Shown here: positions 28,225 to 36,683 of the stretch, one piece after another
How positions within the stretch are numbered: the stretch's first letter is position 1
Layout: every line of letters begins with the position of its first letter
Sequence record: OP310983.1
Length of the DNA stretch: 64,000 nucleotides
Reading direction: 5' to 3' (one strand)
The notes under the pieces: model-generated
Seen by the model: the letters and a program-made list of their open reading frames with translations, nothing else
Database searches by the model: none
What the model was told of the DNA's origin: nothing
Made by a program: the position numbers and the translations under genes

Positions 28225-28288
28225 GGGATCTCCCGGACTATCTCCCTTCAGCGTTCCCGTCCGCAAATGAAGGTGCCGCCGAGATCCC
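28225..28288. ncRNA. candidate structured RNA: H-type pseudoknot enclosed by an 8-bp helix
   Basis: GGGATCTC/GAGATCCC (28225-32/28281-88), CGGAC/GTCCG (28234-38/28259-63) and CCTTCA/TGAAGG (28245-50/28268-73); GC-rich intergenic stretch. Confidence 0.5.
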
Positions 28289-28301
28289 ACCTATTGATAA
28301 T

Positions 28302-28321
28302 GCCCTCCCTTCGGGGAGGGC
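28302..28321 (+). terminator. intrinsic terminator
   Basis: GCCCTCCC-TTCG-GGGAGGGC. Confidence 0.75.
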
Positions 28322-28364
28322 ATTATTTCGCTTAAGCCTATTTATTTTATTATAAGGAGTGAAA

Positions 28365-29096
28365 ATGACATATATCGTAAATGATGGTAAAGTCATGATT
28401 GCAGACTGCCTATTAATTGAGCGGAATAATGCAACTGATAGCATTGGGCGACTTCCAGTATTAGATAACGGTTATATTGATCTAACTGCTAAAGCTGAAG
28501 GTGTAGATGTATATTACAATGATTGCCACAAGATAATTTTTCATCCGACAGTTACTTGGCAAGGTAAACGTGTTAAAACTATGGCTTTTGCTGGAACTAT
28601 AGATAATGTTTATGATCTATTGAATGCCCTTACCGCAGGTGTTGATTTAGCTGATTGGTTTAAAGTTGAAGTAAATATCTTGCCAGTCATAGAACGCAGG
28701 TTGTTTAATGGTAATACTTCTATGATGTTCACTATGGAGAATGGTGACATATATACAGTTATTCTTAAAGACATGGGTATCAACATCACCAAGAAAGATT
28801 GGGCTCATTTGGGTAGTGGTGTAGATGCAGTTAATAGTGTACTTGAGTTTATCCCTAATTGTAATGATAATGGATCAACCAAACTAACTGCACTTGAAGC
28901 ATTTGCTATTGCATGTGCACATACTACTACTGTAAGTCGTAAATTTGATTATTACATCCATGCTACAGGTGAGTACAAGCAAAATCAAGAACTATCAACT
29001 AAACAACTAAAATGGATACTAGCGCGCATTCAAAAGCGGATGGATCTTACCCGCATTTTCAATGACCGCGAATATGCCAATAACATATGGGGTTGA
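28365..29096 (+). CDS. Ntn-hydrolase (HslV/proteasome beta-like) protein
   Basis: AAGGAG RBS gives M-TYIVNDGKVMIAD (Thr1 after Met removal); FAGT, HLGSG and ALEAFAIAC motifs. Confidence 0.65.
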   Translation: MTYIVNDGKVMIADCLLIERNNATDSIGRLPVLDNGYIDLTAKAEGVDVYYNDCHKIIFHPTVTWQGKRVKTMAFAGTIDNVYDLLNALTAGVDLADWFKVEVNILPVIERRLFNGNTSMMFTMENGDIYTVILKDMGINITKKDWAHLGSGVDAVNSVLEFIPNCNDNGSTKLTALEAFAIACAHTTTVSRKFDYYIHATGEYKQNQELSTKQLKWILARIQKRMDLTRIFNDREYANNIWG

Positions 29097-29617
29097 TTTG
29101 TATGAGTAATTCTAATATGGATATGCTATATTACACTAATGTAAATTGGGAGCAATATTTTCATCATGTGAAACAACGTGCAGATGATACTGTTAAAGTA
29201 ATGTATAAACCTGAATATGAAGATCTTATTGATGAAGCATGTAGGCCATTAATTAAATGGTTTAATCAATTTATCAATGTTGCAACTATTTATTGCTGTT
29301 CAGGCCATGTTGATGAAGAAACTGGTGGTAGCCCTGGATACATTAGTCTTTTATTTAAAGATACCAATGCAGAGAATTCTGCAATGCGTTTATTGCGTGA
29401 AGCAATGTGTAAGGGGCGTGAGTGTAAGATCCCATTCGAAATTGAACTGGGGGCTTATTTCGGGCATCTACATGAGACCATTGATCAGAATCACTGGGTC
29501 GCCAATCTAATCATCCGCACCAATAGCTACAAACGTAAAAATACGTATGATCGCTATTGGCATCGTCTTTACAATATCATAACAACATGTAATACTGAGG
29601 GTTTATACACCGTCTAA
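29087..29617 (+). CDS. TYW3-like (D..I..N...T..CxGH) phage protein
   Basis: IDEACRPLIKWFNQFINVATIYCCSGH. Confidence 0.55.
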   Translation: MGLICMSNSNMDMLYYTNVNWEQYFHHVKQRADDTVKVMYKPEYEDLIDEACRPLIKWFNQFINVATIYCCSGHVDEETGGSPGYISLLFKDTNAENSAMRLLREAMCKGRECKIPFEIELGAYFGHLHETIDQNHWVANLIIRTNSYKRKNTYDRYWHRLYNIITTCNTEGLYTV

Positions 29618-29635
29618 AAAATCTGAGATAATTTA

Positions 29636-29785
29636 ATGAATGATATTAAAAATACATTATTAGTTAGATTAAAGAGGAAACAAAAAGCTAAGCGTATAGA
29701 TAAATTACAAAGACTAGGTTTATGGTTTATTCTATTGCTATGTGTATCTAATCTATTTGTCCAATTAATAAAAGGTATATTCTAA
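29636..29785 (+). CDS. basic, C-terminally hydrophobic microprotein (49 aa, not in track)
   Basis: MNDIKNTLLVRLKRKQKAKRIDKLQRLGLWFILLLCVSNLFVQLIKGIF; stop abuts ATG 29786. Confidence 0.55.
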   Translation: MNDIKNTLLVRLKRKQKAKRIDKLQRLGLWFILLLCVSNLFVQLIKGIF

Positions 29786-30466
29786 ATGGCAGAAAAGCTC
29801 AGTTTTGCTGATATATTTAAGATGGCTAAAGAGGAAAATGTTAAGCTTGAATTGCATTGTCTAATTGGTACTCGGCCAGTTAGGGGTCTTATTAAAAGTT
29901 TAAACTTTAATCCAATCAGACCTGATGTATACGAATCTGTTAATTTATATGTAGATGTATTTTCTAAAGTAGTGGAGACTAAAATAGATCCATCAAGTAC
30001 TACTGCTGATTATGGTTGCTGGAGAATGACACCAGAAACTAAGAATTATGTAGATAGTAAATATAACTTACCAGAAAAAATGGATATCACTAATCCAGAT
30101 ATCGTTAGGAGTAATATTAATTATTACCTCAGTTTACCTACTCAGGAACGTATTGCGTTATTTAATAAAATAAATAATCCTAATGTCATTGAGGCGATAA
30201 ACAAAGAATGGTCTAAAATGGTTGTAGAGTATTATCAATCTGAGATCGATTCATTTATTGGATTAATTGATTTCGATCATGTCCTTATCAATAAGTTCAT
30301 GGTATTTAACTGGATGGATGATCTGTTTGAATATGCTTTAAATATCCCATTAAAACAAACCAATACAGTAAATGAAGGTACCTGTTGCTTACTGGTTCAC
30401 AAAGATAAAAAGGCAACATATACCCATTTTACTGATATTAAAAATCTTATCAAAGTAAGTGTATAA
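29786..30466 (+). CDS. hypothetical protein
   Basis: AAGGT RBS; 226 aa. Confidence 0.8.
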   Translation: MAEKLSFADIFKMAKEENVKLELHCLIGTRPVRGLIKSLNFNPIRPDVYESVNLYVDVFSKVVETKIDPSSTTADYGCWRMTPETKNYVDSKYNLPEKMDITNPDIVRSNINYYLSLPTQERIALFNKINNPNVIEAINKEWSKMVVEYYQSEIDSFIGLIDFDHVLINKFMVFNWMDDLFEYALNIPLKQTNTVNEGTCCLLVHKDKKATYTHFTDIKNLIKVSV

Positions 30467-30478
30467 TTACGGCATAAA

Positions 30479-30500
30479 CCCCTCTCCACATGGAGAGGGG
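30479..30500. terminator. bidirectional terminator between convergent blocks
   Basis: CCCCTCTCCA-CA-TGGAGAGGGG. Confidence 0.75.
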
Positions 30501-30528
30501 CTATGTCTTTATTTTCTTTTATTTAAAC

Positions 30529-30918
30529 TCACTTAGAATAATCTTCTACTGGAATATCATCCAGCCAATCATTAAGTAGTTTAAATTGATGAGGGTGCTG
30601 CATCTTAGTAACTTTACCATACTTAACACTAACTGCTTTACCACTCGATACAGCAAGATCAACTAGTTTCTTTTCGTATGCATTAAACTCATCATACCAC
30701 CGAGTATGAATAAGTTTTGCTAGGCGATCGTAAGCCGTCTTTCGATAATGATCTTCTAGTTCGCGACGTTGTTCATCAAGTAGTTCTTTTTGACGTTGTT
30801 CTTGCTGACGCTTTTCTTCTTCCTGTTTCTCTTTCTCTAGTCGTTTCTTCTCAGCAAAATATGATAGAACCGGTAGTTTGAAAAGCAGGCTTAGAAGTAG
30901 TTGAAAGAATTGTTTCAT
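30529..30918 (-). CDS. amphipathic N-terminus plus coiled-coil protein
   Basis: GAGGA RBS before MKQFFQLLLSLLF; E/K/Q/R-rich helix. Confidence 0.75.
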   Translation of the reverse strand: MKQFFQLLLSLLFKLPVLSYFAEKKRLEKEKQEEEKRQQEQRQKELLDEQRRELEDHYRKTAYDRLAKLIHTRWYDEFNAYEKKLVDLAVSSGKAVSVKYGKVTKMQHPHQFKLLNDWLDDIPVEDYSK

Positions 30919-30998
30919 TAGTATTTCCTCAGTTTGATTAAATAGATAATTTACAAATGGCAATCCGCCTAGTTACATACTAGATAGCTGTAAGTATT

Positions 30999-31409
30999 TT
31001 AATCCGTTACAATATCTGGATAACGTTCATCAATTAATGATTTCCTATATGCAAACTCACGCACCTCTACTTCTAACTTTTCTTTAGTTGCATCTGTAGC
31101 ACCGATCACAATAATTGAATCATTATTAATTGATAACTCTACGTTATTATCTTTTCCAAATACTAATTTAAAAACAGTATTTAATTCATCTAATTGATCT
31201 TGAATGGTTACTGTATCATCATGGATTGCCCTAGACGGTTCCTCTAATAGGCCCTCTAGAACTTTATAAGACTTTATAAAAAGAGTATCATTAAAATCTT
31301 CTTTTAACCATGCTAATTCAAGTGTATATAAATCAACCACTCTATTAATATTTGAAGTAGTTATATCTGTTTTCCATTCATAACCTAGATAGTTAGTTTC
31401 ATTACTCAT
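30999..31409 (-). CDS. hypothetical protein
   Basis: GGAG RBS. Confidence 0.75.
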   Translation of the reverse strand: MSNETNYLGYEWKTDITTSNINRVVDLYTLELAWLKEDFNDTLFIKSYKVLEGLLEEPSRAIHDDTVTIQDQLDELNTVFKLVFGKDNNVELSINNDSIIVIGATDATKEKLEVEVREFAYRKSLIDERYPDIVTD

Positions 31410-31451
31410 TATAAACTCCTTTGATTAATACATATTAAATAATCTGGAGTA

Positions 31452-31628
31452 TTATTTCTTTGTAATGCGATAACCAACTGACCATAAATCTACACGGACG
31501 AAACCTTTTTCCTCATGTTGACCGTATACACATACGCGTAACATTCGATTGCCTGGCTTCATATCAATTCGTGTTATCTCAAATTTATTAGTAATGTATT
31601 CTTGGATGATAAATAATAGATGCCTCAT
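31452..31628 (-). CDS. hypothetical protein (58 aa, not in track)
   Basis: AGGAA RBS; MRHLLFIIQEYITNKFEITRIDMKPGNRMLRVCVYGQHEEKGFVRVDLWSVGYRITKK. Confidence 0.6.
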   Translation of the reverse strand: MRHLLFIIQEYITNKFEITRIDMKPGNRMLRVCVYGQHEEKGFVRVDLWSVGYRITKK

Positions 31629-31659
31629 TTTATATTTTCCTGATTAATGACAAACATAA

Positions 31660-31679
31660 GCCCCTCCATATGGAGGGGC
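31660..31679 (-). terminator. terminator downstream of tRNA-Thr
   Basis: GCCCCTCCA-TA-TGGAGGGGC. Confidence 0.7.
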
Positions 31680-31757
31680 AATATGATTTACTGAGTCTTT
31701 CACGTTCAATCCCATCCTAACTAATATATTTAAGAATAGTTTAAACCTCAGTAAATT

Positions 31758-31834
31758 TGGTGCCGCCACTCCGAATCGAACGGAGGACCTACGCATTACA
31801 AGTGCGTTGCTCTACCTAGCTGAGCTATAGCGGC
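31758..31834 (-). tRNA. trnT: tRNA-Thr(UGU)
   Basis: Full cloverleaf; anticodon loop CTTGTAA; GTTCGA T-loop; encoded CCA. Confidence 0.97.
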
Positions 31835-31894
31835 GGAATCTTCTACATATAGTGTATATGAAAGTATTATTTTATTATAATAAATAGAGTTATA

Positions 31895-31921
31895 TTCAAA
31901 CTTATTTAAACAGTATATTAT
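31895..31921 (+). promoter_or_regulatory. early promoter (TATATTAT variant)
   Basis: TTCAAACTTATTTAAACAGTATATTATTAACTTGATATT, nearly identical to the promoters at 46761 and 48613. Confidence 0.7.
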
Positions 31922-31977
31922 TAACTTGATATTACTAAATGTAATATTTTCTATTAATTGTAAATAGGATACTAAAT

Positions 31978-32115
31978 ATGAATATTGATCCAAAAACTTT
32001 TGGTATTATTGTTAGCGCCACTATTGGCACCGTAGGTGCTCTTATTCTTACGTATGGTATCGTGAGAGCAGTGCGTGGAAATAATAAACCTGATGTAAAA
32101 GATGTAGCAGAGTAA
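31978..32115 (+). CDS. single-TM microprotein (45 aa, not in track), monocistronic early gene
   Basis: AGGA RBS; MNIDPKTFGIIVSATIGTVGALILTYGIVRAVRGNNKPDVKDVAE; own promoter and terminator. Confidence 0.75.
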   Translation: MNIDPKTFGIIVSATIGTVGALILTYGIVRAVRGNNKPDVKDVAE

Positions 32116-32123
32116 GATAACAT

Positions 32124-32150
32124 AGAGCTAGCCCATTAGGGGCTAGCTCT
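32124..32150. terminator. bidirectional terminator
   Basis: AGAGCTAGCCC-ATTAG-GGGCTAGCTCT. Confidence 0.8.
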
Positions 32151-32173
32151 TATATTTATTTTTTTTATTTGTT

Positions 32174-32800
32174 TTAACTTGGGGTACTATAATAAATAAA
32201 TTTAGTTAATTCGGCTTCTTGCTCTTTGATTATATTATTTTTTGTTTGCTTAACATTAATATAAGATTCAATAGATAGCCAACGCTGATCATATTCGGCT
32301 AAGTCATTGAATTCAATTTTCTCGAATCGCCATGACTGAACAGTGGTTCTAATCAGATTACCTGATTTATTAACAATATAACCTTGCATTGTCTCAAAAA
32401 AGTCATCTGCTTTACTAATAACAATAATTAGATATACATCATCTGTGTTTTTAGTATGCATTGATTTTAATTTATAGACACGTGGGTTAAAAGAATCAAT
32501 ATCTTTATAATGTTCTTTGATTTCTAGAACAGCATCAATCATCATCTTGGCGCTATTTTGAATACCGTTATTAAGTAGATATTCATTAAGTTCTTTTAAT
32601 GAGTCATCACTCAATGATGCTTCGATATGTTCTTCACTTATAGGGTAGTGATAAACTAATTTATTAATAGCTGAATTAACAACATTTAGTTTATCAACAT
32701 CATAAACTTCTAATGTTTGCTTGCCAACTTTTATTTTTAATCCTTTATTTGAATCATTAATAAAGTTGTCTAGATCTACTTCAGTAAAATGAAAAGCCAT
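32174..32800 (-). CDS. hypothetical protein
   Basis: AAGGTGA RBS before MAFHF (start moved from 32842). Confidence 0.75.
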   Translation of the reverse strand: MAFHFTEVDLDNFINDSNKGLKIKVGKQTLEVYDVDKLNVVNSAINKLVYHYPISEEHIEASLSDDSLKELNEYLLNNGIQNSAKMMIDAVLEIKEHYKDIDSFNPRVYKLKSMHTKNTDDVYLIIVISKADDFFETMQGYIVNKSGNLIRTTVQSWRFEKIEFNDLAEYDQRWLSIESYINVKQTKNNIIKEQEAELTKFIYYSTPS

Positions 32801-32937
32801 TTTAATCACCTTTATGTTTTCCGTAGTGAAGTGAATAAACACACACCCGGTTTCTGGTTAGGATAAAGTATGGTTAATCCATACATAATAAAATACGCAA
32901 GAGTATTAAATTAAAAAAACTAATATAACCTGATAAA

Positions 32938-32960
32938 AACCCTCCCATAATGGGAGGGTT
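32938..32960 (-). terminator. intrinsic terminator
   Basis: AACCCTCCC-ATAAT-GGGAGGGTT. Confidence 0.75.
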
Positions 32961-32964
32961 ATAA

Positions 32965-33423
32965 TTAGCTTTTAAGAACAGGTTTTAATATTAGATAAAT
33001 ATAGCAGTTAGCAGTAACTGTGGTTTCAACTACTTTACCATCACTATCGATTGCTAAAAGATTAGATGGATTATTAGTGGATACAGTTGATGATAGTATT
33101 TTATACGAATCTGCTAATCGGATACTAATTAAAGGGCGTTGAGTACGTTTAACTCGACTACAGAAGAATGTTAAAAGGTATTCAGTACACTCTTCTATAG
33201 TAGGTATACTAACCTCCCAAGTAACATCCTGCATTTCGATATTACGACCTTGTTGAACAGGGCCTCCTAAAGCAGTTATCATTGCACTTGGTAACTTATC
33301 AGTCATGTCACCGGAAGACGCCATTAAACCAGCTTGATATATAGTTACAGCACTAACTAAATATATTGACGCTGTATCGAAAAGAGCTATGTATTTATCG
33401 CCAATCCCATATGTTACTGGCAC
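32965..33423 (-). CDS. hypothetical protein
   Basis: 152 aa; frame is open further upstream, so start is uncertain. Confidence 0.7.
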   Translation of the reverse strand: MPVTYGIGDKYIALFDTASIYLVSAVTIYQAGLMASSGDMTDKLPSAMITALGGPVQQGRNIEMQDVTWEVSIPTIEECTEYLLTFFCSRVKRTQRPLISIRLADSYKILSSTVSTNNPSNLLAIDSDGKVVETTVTANCYIYLILKPVLKS

Positions 33424-33602
33424 CGCATCTAAATCGGCAAACTTAATAGGTTTACCAGGAGTAGCCGCAATTAATGAATGGGTTGGTTTATTTTCTGGAA
33501 CATATGTTTTAGTTAAATGACATACACAAAGCCATTTTTATGACTTCGCGTATGCGTGGCACGTATCTATTAAGATGATACAACTTCATATCATAACAAC
33601 AT

Positions 33603-33627
33603 AAAGCCCTCCGTGATGGAGGGCTTT
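33603..33627 (-). terminator. intrinsic terminator
   Basis: AAAGCCCTCC-GTGAT-GGAGGGCTTT. Confidence 0.75.
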
Positions 33628-33644
33628 TATTTTATTTTTATACT

Positions 33645-34169
33645 TTAACTAAAACGAACTACAATTACACTAGTACCAAAAGTATCAGCTACCCACTGAT
33701 TAAATTCTTTATCAGTAATACCTCGTAAATTCAGATTATAAGATGCGTTATCTACAAGTATATAGCGGATATCTGAAAGTAAATTTTCATTAAAGTCTTT
33801 CTGGATCGTTGATAGTCCAGATTTATGGATATAGCTACGTAGTTTAAATGTAGTTAAATATGGAATAATGTTATCTGGTGTTTTGGATAGTTTATCTTGA
33901 GCACCACGTCGAATTCTTTCGTCGGTGAATACTGCCAAACATTCACCAGGGTAGCGTTTTGAAAATTCCATTAATGCTGTAGTACTACCAGATTGACGAC
34001 CAATAAAAAACCCTACTGTTCTATGATCACGTATAGTGATATGACTGACATCATTAAGATGATAATGCATCCCATACTTATTCCAATTCTCATTAGTTTT
34101 ATATATCAATGCATCCAGGATAGCCTGGTAATCAACAATAGTTTTTACAAACTGATTTGTGTTATTCAT
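33645..34169 (-). CDS. stand-alone degenerate P-loop (terminase-ATPase-like) protein
   Basis: GFFIGRQSGSTT (compare RQxGKT/S) and RYILVDNA (compare Walker B hhhhDE). Confidence 0.55.
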   Translation of the reverse strand: MNNTNQFVKTIVDYQAILDALIYKTNENWNKYGMHYHLNDVSHITIRDHRTVGFFIGRQSGSTTALMEFSKRYPGECLAVFTDERIRRGAQDKLSKTPDNIIPYLTTFKLRSYIHKSGLSTIQKDFNENLLSDIRYILVDNASYNLNLRGITDKEFNQWVADTFGTSVIVVRFS

Positions 34170-34320
34170 TATAGAAGTTCCTTTATTACAATGTAGTATA
34201 TAACCTTTATTAAATTAGGTTATATACCGGCTATGGAAAAGGCCTCGTCACCTTCCCTTCACCTATATTAAATATCAATAGTGGTTATAAAGAACGAGAT
34301 ACACTCATTGACATAATATA

Positions 34321-34343
34321 GCCAGGGGTGGCAAACCCCTGGC
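34321..34343 (-). terminator. intrinsic terminator-like hairpin
   Basis: GCCAGGGGT-GGCAA-ACCCCTGGC. Confidence 0.7.
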
Positions 34344-34460
34344 ATTCAGACACACTCTATAATTAAATCTACCACCGAGTGTATTTAGTGGATAGCTTTA
34401 GGATTATCTAGATAAAGTAATCCTACATAATATCATCGCACTAGTATTTTTATCTTTAGT

Positions 34461-35468
34461 TTAATCGAGAACTAATGGGGCTACTTTAACTTGATATATA
34501 CCAGTTAATAATTGGCTTTTCAACATATATGCTCCACCACCAACCGCCATTTTAGATCCACCTACAATGATCATGCTATTATCCGGACCTTTAGCTATAG
34601 ATGAAATATTAAGGAATCCGATACCTAGTTCAAATGGTTCAGCCCATTTCCGGCGCCTAATATTAAAACGTTGTGCAAACATTTTAGTTACACCGCCGAC
34701 ATCAACAGCGTTAAGGTAATTAAAATAGTCCCCATCTACATAACCATTACCTTGCCAGATTGTTCCTTTATCAGCAGGTATAATCATCCAAGGTGTTTGC
34801 TCCCATATTAAGGTAGTTGCATTATATCGATAAACTTCAAGATTAGGTATGTTCTTTGTATTATCCCAACCACCAAAATGGTAAAAGTAACCATTATAAA
34901 AGAATAACTGTTGACCTGAACGAGCACCACCTGAATAGTCTTGCCCGCTAAGCCAAGACTTACTTGATGGTTTTAATCGCATTGCGTTTACGCCAATTGG
35001 GTTAACGCATAGAATAAGATCATTACCATCTGATGCGGAGGCTGTGCCCCAAAGTGGTACGGGACCACTATATCGCTCAACCCTATTGCCTGTAGCTATA
35101 TCAAAATGTTGTATAAAGTTAGATGTTCCCGTACCACCATTACCAGCCGAGTTCCATCCAGTAATACCGCCATAAACAATAAAGTTATTCTTATGTAATG
35201 TCCCAAATCCTAAAGATACCCCTGGTAAGAATGTTCCAGAAGCAGTTGCACCTATATCGGCAAATGGCGATATGGTAAAACGTCTGAACACAGTTGCAGC
35301 TGTTTGTCCTTCAGTATGATGACCAGATCCAACATACAGTGTATTTCCATCCACATATGACATTGTACCAGCTAACGCTACAGGTAGATCACCTAATTTA
35401 ATAATTTCATTAAATCCAACCAAGGGTAACTCTTCGCCTATATCTGGCGATAATAGTAATTCAAACAT
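34461..35468 (-). CDS. Kelch-like beta-propeller protein, probable virion protein (gp298-like by position)
   Basis: Repeated hhhhGG motifs: LYVGSG, FIVYGG, FYHFGGWD, MIIVGG. Confidence 0.7.
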   Translation of the reverse strand: MFELLLSPDIGEELPLVGFNEIIKLGDLPVALAGTMSYVDGNTLYVGSGHHTEGQTAATVFRRFTISPFADIGATASGTFLPGVSLGFGTLHKNNFIVYGGITGWNSAGNGGTGTSNFIQHFDIATGNRVERYSGPVPLWGTASASDGNDLILCVNPIGVNAMRLKPSSKSWLSGQDYSGGARSGQQLFFYNGYFYHFGGWDNTKNIPNLEVYRYNATTLIWEQTPWMIIPADKGTIWQGNGYVDGDYFNYLNAVDVGGVTKMFAQRFNIRRRKWAEPFELGIGFLNISSIAKGPDNSMIIVGGSKMAVGGGAYMLKSQLLTGIYQVKVAPLVLD

Positions 35469-35522
35469 GAGTGTGCTCTCAAGTAAATCATTTTAATTCA
35501 TAAGATAACCCATGGCAACATA

Positions 35523-35546
35523 AAAGAGTAGCCGAAGCTACTCTTT
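35523..35546 (-). terminator. terminator downstream of tRNA-Asp/Asn
   Basis: AAAGAGTAGC-CGAA-GCTACTCTTT. Confidence 0.8.
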
Positions 35547-35552
35547 AGAATA

Positions 35553-35628
<76 letters not shown>

Positions 35629-35634
35629 ATTAAA

Positions 35635-35711
35635 TGGCGCGCCCAAGGGGACTCGAACCCCTGACCACCCGCGTGACAGGCGGGTATTCTAACCAACTGA
35701 ACTATGAGCGC
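35635..35711 (-). tRNA. trnD: tRNA-Asp(GUC)
   Basis: Cloverleaf; loop CTGTCAC; encoded CCA. Confidence 0.97.
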
Positions 35712-35763
35712 AAACGTATGGACATGACTTCCTACATAGTATTACATAACCAGTAATATTTTA

Positions 35764-36111
35764 TTACGGGCGATCAGTCCAGTGCTTGAAATAGTTACCA
35801 TCCTTGGGACGATCGTACTTAGCAAGAATATTTTTAAGTTCTTCGCCGGACAACTTAATACTATCGCCTACTGGGCTATCCAGTTCAGGGCAAGGTTCAG
35901 TTTTACGTGTAATGATTAAATTATCAGTCCCATCTTTGAAGATAAAGATAAACTGCGTTTCATTAGCACTAATCTTTTTCTTAACGCAATGCTTTACTTC
36001 TGGATGTTTCTTGTGGATCGTTACAAAAGATTCAACAAGAGTTAGCTTTATAAACTCAGGGCTAATAAATGTGAAATATACAGCGCTCTGCGTTGGGGTT
36101 AGATGATCCAT
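35764..36111 (-). CDS. hypothetical protein
   Basis: GGAG RBS. Confidence 0.75.
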   Translation of the reverse strand: MDHLTPTQSAVYFTFISPEFIKLTLVESFVTIHKKHPEVKHCVKKKISANETQFIFIFKDGTDNLIITRKTEPCPELDSPVGDSIKLSGEELKNILAKYDRPKDGNYFKHWTDRP

Positions 36112-36113
36112 AT

Positions 36114-36401
36114 TTACTCCGTATGTTTGAGATAGGCTTTAACTGCTTTAAGACCTTTATTAAAGAACATAGCTTCAACATAAGTAATGTTACTTACATC
36201 CTCGCCGATAAGTTCCCATTTGATGTAACGTGTAACAGCGTTGATTGTAATATCTAATCCGTTTGGGAATAGGGTTACTTCATCGGTCAGGTGAATCCAA
36301 TCGGGAGCCTTCGCTCCATTACGTAAACGGGGACTAAAAGTAAGATTATAAAGTGTTTGTAATGGTTGTCTCAATAGTTCTTTTTGTTCTTGATGTTCCA
36401 T
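36114..36401 (-). CDS. hypothetical protein
   Basis: AGGAA RBS before MEHQEQ (start moved from 36419). Confidence 0.7.
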   Translation of the reverse strand: MEHQEQKELLRQPLQTLYNLTFSPRLRNGAKAPDWIHLTDEVTLFPNGLDITINAVTRYIKWELIGEDVSNITYVEAMFFNKGLKAVKAYLKHTE

Positions 36402-36409
36402 GTATTTTC

Positions 36410-36631
36410 CTAGAGACATTTAAAAATATAAATAGAATGGTTATCTCTTTCGGTTATCTTTAGAGTATTCTCATTTCGAATAACTTCAAGAGACTTGTAT
36501 TTATGTTCCAGAATATCCAGATGAGAAATACACTGTTCCCTATTTTCAAATAGGATATTACTTTCATTAGTCGAAATGAAACCAAATAATCCAACTTTGA
36601 TAGATAATACCAACATTATTACTGTATTCAT
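36410..36631 (-). CDS. small exported/membrane protein
   Basis: GAGGAA RBS before MNTVIMLVLSIKVGLFG; FENREQC motif. Confidence 0.65.
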   Translation of the reverse strand: MNTVIMLVLSIKVGLFGFISTNESNILFENREQCISHLDILEHKYKSLEVIRNENTLKITERDNHSIYIFKCL

Positions 36632-36683
36632 GTTTTCCTCAATGAGACAGTATAAAACCTCCCCCAAGTGGGAGGCTAGTATA

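Noticed and set aside
28225-28288. Known ribozyme or riboswitch class (HDV/theta, twister, pistol, hammerhead, NAD-II, guanidine-III)
   Set aside because: Helix order and conserved core nucleotides did not match by eye; a short AGCGTT..GTCCG resemblance to NAD-II lacks its P1 stem
28084-28444. Short ORFs across the pseudoknot and terminator
   Set aside because: Open only because of local high GC; no RBS; they overlap hairpins
31796-32123. - strand ORFs 31796-31993 and 31935-32123
   Set aside because: They overlap tRNA-Thr, the early promoter and the better supported + strand microprotein
34200-34460. ncRNA in the hairpin-rich gap between the Kelch gene and the P-loop gene
   Set aside because: Hairpins are AT-rich or terminator-like and can be explained as 3' end and promoter elements
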